A DNA stretch of 64,000 nucleotides, from positions 90,770,001 through 90,834,000 of the forward strand of contig NC_086097.1 of NCBI RefSeq assembly GCF_963921235.1, written 5' to 3'. The notes under the pieces are model-generated. The model was not told where the DNA came from, made no database searches, and saw nothing but the letters and a program-made list of their open reading frames with translations. Numbering within the stretch: the first letter of the stretch is position 1; the number at the start of each line of letters is the position of its first letter. The DNA comes from Mobula hypostoma. Lineage: Eukaryota. The translations under genes were made by a program, and so were the position numbers. Shown one piece after another: positions 49,520 through 62,795 of this stretch.

Positions 49520-51412
49520 CCCATAGCCTTACTGCTGCAGAGAAAAAATACACACAGATTAACAGAAAGGCCTTGAGTCTAGTTTGGGGTGTAAAATATT
49601 TCAACCAGCACTTGCAGGGGAGCGTTCACCCTCATTGCTGATCAACAACCACTAGCATCCATTTTCAATCCACAGAAGGGTGTTCCACTAATGGCAGCAG
49701 CATAAATGCAGAGCTGGGCTCTGTTCCATGGAAGACACAATTATAAAATCGAATTCAAGAGGACAAGTAATCAAAGAAATGTTGATGGATTGTTGATGGA
49801 TTTTCTCATTTACCCTTTGAAAAAGAAATACCTGAAAAATTTACAAAAGAGGACACTCTTCTTGACATATTCTCCCTAATGCAAATTGAAGAGATGATTG
49901 TAGCGGAGATGATCCAAAGGGAAACCAGAAAATGCTCCACATGGTCTTATGTCTACATGGGCACCCAAAATGGCTGGAACGAGCTGCAAAAATTCCAGTT
50001 CCTCCAATTTTACCAGTGCGGGGATGAACTTGTCCTTGACGTGGTTTACCTTATATAGGAATTGAGCGTTGTGGTACCATCCAAGCTGAGAGCTAAATTG
50101 TTGGAGCAGCTACATGCCAGTCATCTAGATGCGGTCAAAATGCAGGTGTTGGCTTGAAACTTTGTCTGGTGGCTTGGGAAAGATCCTTCAGATCAAGCTG
50201 CTTGCCATGCATTGTTCTGGATGCCAACATATCCAGAAGATGCCAAGAACAGTGCCTATCCATCCTTGGAAATGGCCTGCATTGCCTTAGCAGAGGATTC
50301 AAGCGTATTTTGCCAAGCCATCCATGGGCACAAATTTCTTAGTAGTACTGGATGCAGCTACAAAGTGGCCAGAAGTGTTCCCAATAGCCTTCACTGTTGA
50401 TGTGTTGAGAAGCATCTTCTCAAGGACTAATGTTCCAGAACACCTAATCAGTGACAATGAACCACAGTTTGTTGTGGAACAGTTTCAGTCATTCCTGAAA
50501 ATGAATGGAATAAGACATATTACATCTGCACTATACCACTCAGCTACAGATGGTTAAGCAGAAAAGATTTGTCCAGAGTCTAAAGAAAGTACTGTGAGCA
50601 ATATCAACTAAACAAACTACACTTACACTGAAGCAGACGTTCAACAATTTCTTCCTTGCATATCACAATGTAGCACACTCAACCAGCAACTCTCCAGCTA
50701 TGCTGTTCCGGGATTGTCCCTTGTGTTCCTGCTTAGATATCCCCAAATCCAGTTTCAGAAGGAGAATGCAGGACAAATAGCTGAGACAAACTGAGGGCTC
50801 CTTAAACCAGGTGGTTCAATGTTTCACTCCTGGAAAAGCAGACTTGGTAAGCGACTACAGATGTGATCAAAAGTGGGTACTTGGCAAGATTAAGGACAGA
50901 ACTTGACCACTCTCCTATACAGTGGAGCTTGTGTCTGATGTCATCTGGAGATGACACACTGATCAGCTGAGGAGAGCAGAAGTCAATTGTTAGAGAAGAA
51001 ATGTGTCCAGGGCTGTCAAAACCACTTCCTGCAGTCCCCGAGTTAACACCTACAACCACCACAGAGGAGGCCCCAGAAACTGAGATTTCTTCACAGTCAC
51101 AAACCTCACCTTGCAAGTAGAGTGGACACCAGCTTGTCAGGAAAGACATTATTCCACAAGAGTAAGAAATCTCCACAATGATTAAATCATTAGGCCTGAA
51201 TACGACAATTTAAAATGTACTATTCTGTGGATTTCTATATAGTAGTTGTATTATATAGTATATGTATATAACTTGAGATGCATTCTATATTGAATTGGAG
51301 TTTATAGCTAAGTAGGGAGGAGTGCTGTGTATTTAATATTTCAGTAATATTTGACTAATCTTGTAAATATATAGTTTGATTAAGCGTTCTTTGTTGTTTA
51401 CAAAGAATGCAT

Positions 51413-52110
51413 ATGAGATGGCTTTTTAGAGCAGTTCGTAGTTGAGTCCACTAGGGGATCAGCTATTCTGGACTGGGTGCTGTGCAATTAACCAGAATTG
51501 ATTAGAGAGCTTTAGGTAAAAGAACCTTTAGGGGAAAGTGATCATAATATAATCAAGTTCACCCTGAAATTTGAAAAGGAGAAGCTAAAGTCCGCTGTAT
51601 CAGTATTACAACGGAGTAAAAGGAATTACAGGGGCATAAAAGAGGAGCTGGCCAAGATTGATAGGAAATGGACACTGGCAGGGATGATGGCAAAGCAGCA
51701 ATACCTGGAATTTCTGGAAGCAATGCAGAAGCTGCAGGGTATATGCATCCCAAAGAGGAAGAAGTAGTCAAAAGATGACACAACCACGGCTAACAAAGAG
51801 AGGTCAAAACCAACATAAAAGCCTAAGAGAGAGTATACAATAGATCAAAAATTAGTGGGAAGTTTGAGGATTGGGAAGGCAACTAAAAAGTCATTAAGGA
51901 ATAGATAGAATATAAAGGTAATCTAGCCGGTAATATTAAAGAGGATACCAGAACTTTCTTTGCATACTGTACATAAAGTGCAAAAGAGAGGTGTGAGTAG
52001 ATATCAGACAGCTGGAAAATGATGTTTGAGGCTGAGAGGGAAAATTGATCAGACATGATGAAATATTGGAGCAAATGGTTGAATTCTGCTCCTATATCTT
52101 ATGGTCTTAT
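51413..52110 (+). mobile_element. Internally deleted CR1 fragment inserted in the Gypsy 3' LTR
   Basis: ILDWVLCN and GESDHN endonuclease end, linker, then a CR1 tail TCTTATGGTCTTATG. Confidence 0.7.
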
Positions 52111-52344
52111 GCTTTATATGTAAAAGTACTGAATGGCATATATCATGCCACTGTGTCATATGCACATGCCTTACTAAAGTAAAACCAAAGTGCAGACATG
52201 TTCATCTCCCGTCCCATGTTTTTCTTTCAATTAGTTATGGAGTTACAATGCATAACATTAGACACACTAGCCAACTGCACTTCAGTCCCACAGACCTCTT
52301 CTTAATTTTGATGCATATTATGAATAAAGAGCATGGTGAGAGTA

Positions 52345-52800
52345 ATTAGAATCCAAATCAAGTTCATTATCACTGTTTCATATGATGTGAAATTAATTGT
52401 TTTGCAGCAGCAGTAATGTGCAAAAGATACAAAATTACTCTCAATTTAAAAATAAATAAGTAGAGCAAAATCAATTGAGTAATGAAATGATGCTCATGGG
52501 TTAATGGTCCATTCAGAACTTCAGTGACAAAAGGGATGAAGCTGTTCCTGAATCACTGAGTGTGGGCTTTCAGGCTCCTGTATCTCCTCCTTGACAGTAA
52601 TAATACGCTTGTAAGAAGGGAGCATGTCCCGGATGGAAAGGGTCCTTAACGATGAATGGCAGCTTCCTGAGGACCGGCTCTTGCAGATGTCCTCAATGGT
52701 GATGAGAGTTGTGATTGTGATGGAGCTGGCTGAGTTTACAGCCCTCTGCAGGCTCTGCTGATCCTGTGCAGTGGGCTGCACACAATACTCCGACTGCATC
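52345..52800 (-). mobile_element. Rex1/Babar 3' remnant
   Basis: AQDQQSLQRAVNSASSI...IEDI in ORF 52521-52799; tail similar to 11900-11964. Confidence 0.6.
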
Positions 52801-54478
52801 CGACCAATATGTAATAAAGCATCAGCATCACGCCCTTGCTCTTATATTCTAGTTCTCTGGAAATGAATGCTAACATTGCATTTGCCTTCCTTACCACCGA
52901 CTAAACCTGAAAGTTACCCTTTAGGAAATCCTGCACAAGCACTCCCAAGTCCCTTTGCACCTCTGATTTTTGAATTTTCTCCCCGTTTAGATAATAGTCT
53001 ATGCCTTTATTCCTTCTACCAAAGTTCATGACCATACATTTCCCTGCACTATATTCCACCTGACACTTTTCTGCCCATTCTTACAATCTGCTAAGTTCTT
53101 CTGCCGATGCCCTGCTTTCTCAACACTATCCCTCCAACTGTCTGCAAACTTGGCCACAAAGCCATGGGCTCTTATCTTGTTTAGCCATCTCATGTGTTGG
53201 ACCTTGTCAACGGCCTTCTGAAACTCCAAGTAAACAACCTCTACTGACCCTCCTCTGTTTATCCTGCCTGTTATTTCCTCAAAGAATTCCAACAGATTTG
53301 TCAGGCAAGATTTCCCCTGCTGACTTTGGCCTATTTTATCATGTGCCTCCAAGTACCCTGAAAACTCATCCAACATCAGCGCAACAACTTAAATAGGACT
53401 AATTGGCCTATAATTTTTTCTTCGTGCATCACTCCCCTCCTAAAGAATGGATTGACATTTGCAATTTGCAAGTCCTCAGAAACCATTTCAGAATCTAGTG
53501 ATTCTTGAATGATCATTACTAATGCCTCCACAATCTCTTCAGCTACCTCTGGAGTATAGTCCATCTGGTTCATGTGATTTATCTACCTTCAGACCTTCCA
53601 GATTCCTAAGCATCTTCTCTGTAGTGATAGCAACTACACTCACTTTTGCCCTCTGACGTCCTCAAATTTCTGGCATACTGCTAATGTCTTCCAACTGTGA
53701 AGACTGACTCAAAATATTTATTAAGTTCACCTGCTAGTTCTTCATCCACGATTACTACCTCTGCAGGGTCATTTTTCCAGCAGTCCAATAATCACTCTCA
53801 ACTCTCTTTCATTCTTTATATATCTGAAAAAAGCAATTGGTATCCCCTTTTATGTTATTGATTAGCTTACATTTCATTTTTTCCTCCTTATCCCACTTTT
53901 TTTAGTTGCCTTCTGTTGGCTTTTAAAAGCTTTCCAATCCTCTAGTGTCCAACTAATTTTAGCTATATTATATGGTCTCTCTTTTGCTTCCCTTGTTAGC
54001 CATGGTTGTTTCATCTTCCCTTTAGAACACTTCTTTGTCTTTGGGATACATATATCCTGTGCCTTCCAAATTGCCCCCAGAAACTTCAGCCATTGCTGTT
54101 TGGCCATCATCTCTGATAGTGTCCCCTTCCAATCAACTTCAGCCAGCTCCTTTCTCCTGCTTCTGTGATTCCTTTTACTCCACTGTAGTACTGATACACC
54201 TGATTCTATCTCCTCCCTCTCAATCTGCACAGTGAATTCCATCATATTATAATCATTAGCTCCCTAAGGTTCCTTTACCTTAAGCTCCCTATTCAAATCT
54301 GCTTCATTACACAGCACCCAAACCATAATTGCCTTTCCCCTAGTGGGTTCAACTACAAGCTTCTCTAAGTAGCCATCTCATAGGCAATCTACAAATTCCC
54401 TCTCTTAGGATCCAGCACCAACCTGATTTTCCCAGTCTACCTGCATATTGAAATCCCCCATGACTATCACAACATTAC

Positions 54479-55700
54479 ATAAGAAAATAAGAACATAAGA
54501 AATAGGAGCAGGAGTAGGCCATCTGGCCCATCAGGCCTGCTCCGCTGTTCAATAAGATCATGGCTGATCTGGCCATGGATTCATCTCCACCTACCTGCCT
54601 TTTCCCCATTGCCCTTAATTCCCCTACTATGCAAAAATGTATCCAACTTTGTCTTAAATATATTTACTGAGGTACCTCCACTGCTTCATTGTACTGAGAA
54701 TTCCAGATTCACCACTCCCTGGGAAAATTAGTTCCTCCTCATCTTTGTTCTAAATTTACTCCCCGGAATCTTGTGGCTATGTCCCCTAGTTCTAGTTTCA
54801 TTTACCAGTGAAAGCAACTTTCCTGCCTCTATCTTATCTATCCCTTTCATAATTTTATATCCTTCTATAAGATCTCCTCTCATACTTCTGAATTCCAGCG
54901 AGTACTGCCCCAGGTGATTCTATCTCTCTGCATAGTCTAACCCCCCCATCTCTGGAATCAGTCTGGAAAACCTCCTCTGCACCACTTCCAAAGCCAGTAT
55001 ATCCTTCCTCAAGTAAGGAGACCAGAACTGCACGCAGTACTCCAGGTGTTACCTCACCAGTACCCTGTACAGTTGCAGCATAACCTCCCTGCTCTTAATC
55101 TTTCAAGCAACGAAGGCCAACATTCCATTTGCCTTCTTGATAACCTGCTGCACCTGCAAACCAACCTTTTGTGATTCATGCACAAGCACTCCCAAGTCCT
55201 TCAGCACAGCAGCATGCTGCAATATTTTACCATTTAAATAATAATCTGATCTTCCATTTTTCCTTCCAAAGTGGATGACCTCACATTTACCAACATTGTA
55301 CTCCATCTGCCAGACCGTTGCCCACTCATTTTGCCTACCTATATCTCTCTGCAGACTCTTTGTATCCTCTGCACAATTTGCTTCTCCACTCAATTCAGTG
55401 TCATCAGCAAACTTAGATACATTACCCCTGGTCCCCTCTTCCAGATCGTTAATCTATATTGTGAACAGTTGCGGGTCCAGCACCAACCCCTGCAGCACAC
55501 CACTCACCACTGATTGCCAACTAGAGGAACACCCATGTATCCCAACTCTCTGCTTTCTATTGGCTAACCACTCCACTATCTATGCTAATATATCACCCCA
55601 ACTCTATGCATCCTTATCTTATGGATAAGTCTTTTATGTGGCACCTTATCGAACGCCTTCTGGAAATCCAAGTAAATAACATCCGTCTGTTCTCCTCTAT
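54479..55700 (-). mobile_element. Nested CR1 3' fragment
   Basis: [28 protein letters not shown]; tail CATAAGAA repeats at 54478-54502. Confidence 0.85.
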
Positions 55701-55984
55701 CCACATTGCCCTTATTACATGTCTTTTCTATCTCCCATTGTAATCTATATCCCAAATCCTGGCTACTGTTCAGAGGGCTGTATATAACTCCCATCAGGGT
55801 CTTTTTACTCTTGCAGTTTCTTAATTATACCCACAAAGAATCTACATCTTCCGATCCTATGTCACTTCTTTCTAATGATTTGAGTTCATATTTTACCAAA
55901 AGAACCACCCCATCCCCTCTGCCTACATGCCTGTACTTTCAATACAAAGTGTATCCTTGGATGTTAAGCTCCCAACTATGATCC

Positions 55985-58900
55985 GCATGGTTTGTTGCCT
56001 CCCGGGTGTCAGGGTCTGGGATGTCTCTGACTGGGTGCACAACATCCTGGTATGAGAGGGAAAGCAACCAGGAGTTGTGATACATGTTGGCATCAACGAC
56101 ATGGGCAGGAAGAGGGATGAGGTCCTGAAATGTGAGTTTTGGGAACTAGGCAGAAGGCTGAAGAACAGGACCTCAAAGCTGGCGTTCTCAGGACTGCTGC
56201 CAGTTCTACATGATAGTGATGGTAAGAATTGGAGGAGATGGCAGTTGAATGAGTGGCTGAGGAGTTGGTGCAGGGAGCAGGGTTTTAGATTTTTGGTTCA
56301 TTGGGATCTCTTCTGGGGAAGGTGGGACCTGTACAGATTGGATGGGTTGCACCTGAACTCGAGGGGGAGCAATATCCTTGCAGGTAGGTTTGCTAGCATG
56401 GTTTGGGAGGGTTTAGACTAATTTGCAAAGGGGATGGGACTCGGAGTGCTAGAGCAGTGGATGAAGTGCATGGAGTAAAGCCAGATCTAACATATATAGA
56501 GGCTTTGAGGAAAGAGAAGTAGAATAAATAGTGTAAAGGTAGTAAGGCAGAAGAGCTAAAGTGCATGTACTTCAATGCAAGAAGCATCAGGAACAAAGGT
56601 GATGAACTGAGAGCTTGGATACATACATGGAATTATGATGTAGTGGCCATTACAGAGATTTGGCTGGCACCAGGGCAGGAATGGATTCTCAATATTCCTG
56701 GATTTCAGTGCTTTAAAAGGGATGGGGGGGGGAAGGGGAGGAGGGGTGGCATTACTGGTCAAAGATACTATTACAGCTACAGAAAGGGTGGGTAATGTAG
56801 CAGGATCCTCTTTTGAGTCAGTATGGGTGGAAGTCAGGAACAGGAAGGGAGCAGTTACTCTATTGGGAGTATTCTATAGGCCCCCTGGTAGCAATAGAGA
56901 TACCGAGGAGCAGATTGGGAGGCAGGTTTTGGAAAATTTCCAACGGTTTAGACGGGGCAGAGTTTGTTAAGTGTGTCTAGGATGAATTCCTGTCACAGTA
57001 TGTTGACAGGCTGACTAGGGGGAATTCCCTGCTAGATCTAGTATTAGGTAATGAATGGGGTCAGGTCACAGATCTCTCAGTGGGTGAGCATCTGGGGGAC
57101 AGTGACCACCACTCCCTGGCCTTTAGTATTATCATGGAAAAGGATAGGATCAGAGAGGACAGAAAAATTTTTTATTGGAGAAGGGCAAATTATGAGGCTA
57201 TAAGGCTAGAACTTGCGGGTGTGAATTGGGATGATGTTTTTGCAGGGAAATGTACTAATGACATTTGGTCCATGTTTAGGGATCTCTTGCAGGACGTAAG
57301 GGATAAATTTGTCCCGGAGAGGAAGATAAAGAATGGTAAGGTGAAGAAACCATGGGCGACAAGTGAGGTGGAAAATCTATTCAGGTGGAAGAAGGCAGTA
57401 TACGTGAGGTTTAGGAAGCAAGGATCAGATGGGTATATTGAAGAATATAGGGTAGCAAGAAAGGAGCTTAAGAAGGGGCTGAGGAGAGCAGGAAGGGGGC
57501 ATGGGAAGGCCTTGGTGAGTAGGGTAAAGGAAAACCCCAAAGCATTCCTCAATTATGTGAAGAACAAAAGGATGACAAGAGTGAAGGTAGGACCGATTAG
57601 AGATAAAGGAGGCTGTGGAAGTGAGCGAGGTCCTCAATGAATACTTCTCTTCGGTATTCACCAATGAGAGGGAACTTGATGACGGTGAGGACAATATGAG
57701 TGAGGTTGATGTTCTGGATCATGTTGATATTAAGGGTGAGCAGGTGTTGAAGTTGTTAAAATACATTAGGACAGATAGGTCCCCGAGGCCTGACGGAATA
57801 TTCCCCAGGCTGCTTCACGAGGCAAGGGAAGAGACTGCTGAGCCTCTGGCCAGGATCTTTATGTCCTCGTTGTCCATGGGAATGGTACCGGAGGATTGGA
57901 GGGAGGCGAATGTTGTTCCCTTGTTCAAAAAAGGTAGTAGGGATAGTCTGGGTAACTATAGACCAGTGAGCCTTACGTCTGTGGTGGAAAAGCTGTTGGA
58001 AAAGATTCCTAGAGATAGGATCTATGGACACTTAGAGAAACATGGTCTGATTAGGGATAGTCAGCATGGCTTTGTGAAGGGCAGATTGTGTCTAACAAGC
58101 CTGATAGAGTTCTTTGAGGAGGTGACCAGGCATATAGATGAGGGTAGTGCAGTGGATGTGATCTATATGGATTTTAGTAAGGCATTTGACAAGGTTCCAC
58201 ATGGTAGGCTTATTCAGAAAGTCAGAAGGCATGGGATCTAGGGAAGTTTGGCCAGGTGGATTCAGAATTGGCTTGCCTGCAGAAGGCAGAGGGTCGTGGT
58301 GGAGGGAGTACATTCGGATTGGAGTGTTGTGACTAGCAGTGTCCCACAAGAATCGGTTCTGGGACCTCTACTTTTTGTGATTTTCATTAATGACCTGGGT
58401 GTCGGGGTAGAAGGGTAGGTTGACAAGTTTTCAGATGACACAAAGGTTGGTGGTGTTGTGGATAGTGTAGAAGATTGTAGAAGATTGCAGACAGACATTG
58501 ATAGGATTACAGAAATGGCAGATGGAGTTCAACCCAGAGAAATGTGAGGTGGTACACTTTGGAAGGACAAACTCCAAGGCAGAGTACAAAGTAAATGGTA
58601 GGATACTTGGTAGTGTGGAGAGGCAGAGGGATCTTGGGGTACATGTCCACAGATCCCTGAAAGCTGCCTCACAGGTGTTAAGAAAGCTTATGGGATGTTA
58701 GCCTTCATAAGTCGAGGGATAGAGTTTAAGAGTCGCGAGGTAATGATGCAGCTCTATAAAACTCTGGTTAGGCCACACTTGGAATACTGTGTCCAGTTCT
58801 GGTCGCCTCACTATAGGAAGGATGTGGAAGCATTGGAAAGGGTACAGAGGAGATTTACCAGGATGCTGCTTGGTTTAATGGTGGAGGCAGATACACTAGT

Positions 58901-59035
58901 GAAGTTTAAGAGACTACTGGACAGTTATATGGAGGAATTTAAGGTGGGGGGGTTATATGGGAGGCAGAGTTTAAGGGTCGGCACAACATTGTGGGCTGTA
59001 GGGCTTGTACTGTGCTGTACTATTCTATGTTCTTT
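55985..59035 (+). mobile_element. Nested CR1 (ORF1 esterase 56077-56421, decayed ORF2 56565-58900)
   Basis: [44 protein letters not shown]; tail TATTCTATGTTCT. Confidence 0.9.
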
Positions 59036-60539
59036 CAGACATGACTTGGACAGGCTCACAACATCATACCTGCCAATCTCCAACTGCACTACAAGATCAC
59101 CTATTTTATTCCATATACTGCGTGTATTCATATATAATGCATTCAATCCTGTTTTCATATTTACGCCTTCAGTCCTATATTCATTACCTTTTTTGATTTT
59201 GCCCCCAGTTACACTTCAATTCATCCCACTGCAGTTTTATCCTATCATCTGGCCTGTCCTTCCTGACAGTCTCACCGCATAATGCATTGGCTTGTATACT
59301 GATTGTCCCATCCTCAGCCCAGTTACTCCGGTTCCCACCCCACTGCCATATTCGTTTAAATCCTCCCCAATAGCACTAGCAAACCTGCCCTCGGGTTCAG
59401 GTGTACCTGTCCTTTTTGTACAGGTCGTACCTTCTCCAGAAGAGATCCCAGTGATCCAGAAATGTGAAACCCTAACCCTGCACCACTCCCTCAGCCGTTC
59501 ATTCATCTGTACTCTCATCCTATTCCTGTCCTGATGAGCACGTGTTACTGGGAGTAATTCAGCAATTACTACATTGGAGGTCTTGCTCCTCTGTCTCTTC
59601 CCTAACTTCCTATACTCATTCTACAGGACTTTTTCTTTTCCCCTGCCCTCTTTCTTCCCATGTCCTTGGTGCCAATGTGCATCATGACCTCTGACTGCTG
59701 ACCATCCCTCTTGAGAATCTTCGGCAGCCGCTCTGAAAAATCTTGGACCTTAGCACCTGGGAAGCAGCCCACCATCCTGGTTTCTCTTTCACGGCCACAT
59801 AATCTGCTGTCCGTCCCCCTAACTATTGAGTCTCCTATCACTATCATTCTGCCTGTCTTTACTTTTCCCTGCTGAGCCTCAGAGCCGGCCACGGTGCCAC
59901 TGGCCCGGCTGTTGCTGCCGTTCCCTGATAGGTCATTTCCCCCACACCCACCCCCGGCAGTATCCATAGGGGTATATTTCCTGCTGAGAGAAATAGCCAC
60001 ATGGAAACCTTGCACTGATTTCTTATCCCCCTTACTTCTCCTGGTGGTCACCCATCCACTGTTTGATTCCTGAACTCTGGGTGTGACCATCTCTGCAAGC
60101 ATCTCATCTATTAGGATTTCAGCCTTTCTGATGGTCCGAAGAACATCCAGCTCCAGCCCTATTTCGCTGATGTTGGGTGAACTTCTTTCACCAGAGAGAA
60201 CATTAGGTACCCTAAAATCCCATATCTCACAGCAGAAGCATTTTGTTGCCATAACTACCACCTTGCCTACCCTTGTCATACCTCTAACTTCTCAAACTGA
60301 AGCTCTAGCCTGCTCCTGTTCTTGCCCAAGCCCGCTGAGCCAAATTCTGGCCCCTCTAATAGTCCAACAATGGCCGCTCTGCTTACACCTCACTTCTCTT
60401 TATTGTCCCCTGCCAGATGCCTAAAAAAATTGCAATGATTGCAGCCTGCCAAAAAGTTCCTAAAGGCTCCTAGCTCTTTTTAAACTTTGTGCTGTCACAC
60501 CAATGAACAACCTCTCACGAGATTGCAGCGTGCCAAAAA

Positions 60540-61620
60540 CTGTCTTTATGATTACATCAACATGCTAGGCCCAGGAGCTTAAAGCTGCCCACCCTTTCCA
60601 TCAGTGGCCCCTCAATGAGGACTTGTGTGTGTGTCCTTCCAATTTCCCCTAACTGAAGTCCTCAATCGATACACTTGTCTTGTCGATGCTGTGTGTGAGG
60701 TTTCTGTGCAGCAACACTCAACCAGCCGATCTGTGTCATCTGAGATTCGATCATCAACCATGTTGTTTTGGCCAGGTCAAAACCAAGTTTAGAAGCTTGG
60801 TGACTAATACTGAGGGGATGATGGTACTGAATGCTGAGAACAGCAGCTTGATGTGCAGAGTGGAGAGCCAGCGATGCTGTAGATCTGTAGCAGCAGTGGT
60901 TGAACTGCAGTGGCCCCAGGTCCTTGCTCAGGCAGGAGCTAATTCTGGCCACGACCAGCCTCACTAAGCACTTCATCAAAGCATATGTGAGTGCAACCGG
61001 GTGAGAGTCACTGAGATAGCTCTTCTTGGGCATGGCATGATTGCTACCCTTCTAAAGCTGGTGGGAAACTCAGACCTCAGCAGTAAAAGTTTGAAGATAT
61101 TCTTGAACGCGCCTGCCAGTTGCTCATCATAGGTTTTCAGTACCCTGCTTGAAACACTGTCAGGGCCCGGCACCTTGAAAGGGTTTACCTCCTGAAGGGT
61201 TTTCCGACTCAGCCTCTGAGACAGCAATCACAGGTTTGCTGGATGCCGTGGGGATTTGCACAAGTGTGGTATTTTTCTCTCTTTCAAAGTATGCATAAAA
61301 GATGCTAAGTTCATTAGAGAGCAAATCATCACCGCCTTTTATGTTGTTAGGTTTCACCTGGTAGAAAGTAGTGGCATGTAAACCCTGTTGTACATCTAAC
61401 GTTGTCTCTAATTACACACAGAACTACCTTTTCACTCGAGTGATGATCTTCTGTGGTTCATGTCCAGATTCCTCGTAGGATTCTGCTTTGGTGGTCTTAA
61501 GTCCCACAAATCCAGCCCTCAGCAGCCTCTGAATCTCCTGGTTCATCCAAGGTCTCTGGTTTAGGAAGCCTGGGTATGATCTGGAAGATCTCAATGAAGT
61601 CGGTGACAGCCACAATTTCA
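60540..61620 (-). mobile_element. Decayed Rex1/Babar LINE
   Basis: NQRPWMNQEI, VNPFKVPGPD, QLAGAFKNIF, HPVALT..MKCL. Confidence 0.75.
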
Positions 61621-62795
61621 AAGGTGGAAAGCAATCACAATAAGTCAAGCAGGCTCATTCAACGCTGAAAGACTGAAATCCAAATCAAATCTGACAGTAC
61701 TTTGTAAAACTCCACAGTGGCCCTGAGGTGAAAACTGTTCTCCTTAATATTCAGTATAGAAATCCTGGGCACATAGATTATGTGATTGTGGAAATAAAGA
61801 CAGTGTGTCTGCAATTATGAGGAGAAACTAGATACGCTGGGTTTGTTTTCTTCGAGAGGTGAGGCTGAGGGAAGAAGTTATATAAAGTTATGAAAGGCAT
61901 AGACAGGGTAGGTACTAGAAAATATTCCCACTTATCAATAATAAGGATATCAATTCTGTCAGGGATAAGAGGTTTAGAAGAGCTCTAAGAATGATTTTTT
62001 TTCACCCAGAGTTCGGTTGGAATCTGGAACACAGTCGAAGGGGGTGATGGGGCCACAGACTCTTACAACATTTAACCAATATGTTGATGAGCACCTGAAA
62101 TACCAAGGTATGGAAGACCATGGAACAAGTGTTGGTAAATTGGATAATGTAACTTAATGGCCGATGTAGATCTGATGGTGTGAAGGGCCTGTCTCTTCAC
62201 TGTACGATATGATTAATGAGTGTGTATAGTCATCAGCTGTATTTGCCCTTGCTTGTTTTGCTAGCTACAACCTTAAAAGACTTGAACATATTGTCAAACA
62301 TGATTTCCCTTTTATATATCAACAATGACTGCCCAACCCCATTATTATTTAAAATTAAAATGTTGCTTGCTTCCCAATTTGATGTAAAATTCAATCAGTA
62401 CATGATCACTATTACTTAAGGGTCCCTTCTCTAGGAGATTATTAACTAAACCTACCCTCTTGCACAATGCTAGTCCTAGTATAGCCTGCTCCACATGTAC
62501 TGGTCTAATAACCATTCGACCATAATAAGAGCCTAAGACATGGGAGCAGAATTAGGCCACCTGGCCCATCAAGTCTGCTCTGCCATTCAATCATGGCTGA
62601 TCCTCTTTTCCTCTTCTCAACCTCCCCATTCCCCAGCCCTTTCCCCATCACCTTTGATGCCATGTCCAATCAAGAACCTATTAATCTCTGCCTTAAATAC
62701 ACCCAATGACCTGCCTCCACAGCTGCATGTGGTAACAAATTCCACAACTTCACCTCCCTTTGGCTAAAGAAATGTCTCCACATCTCTGTTTGAAA

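Larger units (their letters stand above)
44808..52257 (+). mobile_element. Old full-length Gypsy (K02A2.6-like) element, gag-pol pseudogene with nested insertions
   Basis: LTR remnants 44808-45347 and about 51323-52257 both end GGAGTTACAA..CATAACA. gag HLEPKPLLIAECFRFHK, protease MELDTGSA, RT FSKMDLAEAYLQ, RNase H VLTHYDP, integrase FLVVLDAATKWPEV, PPT AGGGAGGAG. Confidence 0.85.
52800..60420 (-). mobile_element. Old long CR1 (ORF1 Zn-finger/esterase plus ORF2), split by two other CR1 insertions
   Basis: ORF1 59602-60279 KCFCCEIW..IVIGDSIVRGTD..CFPGAKV. Endonuclease pieces at 59036-59160, 55700-55985 and 54200-54478 are collinear; RT pieces at 52800-53600. Confidence 0.75.
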
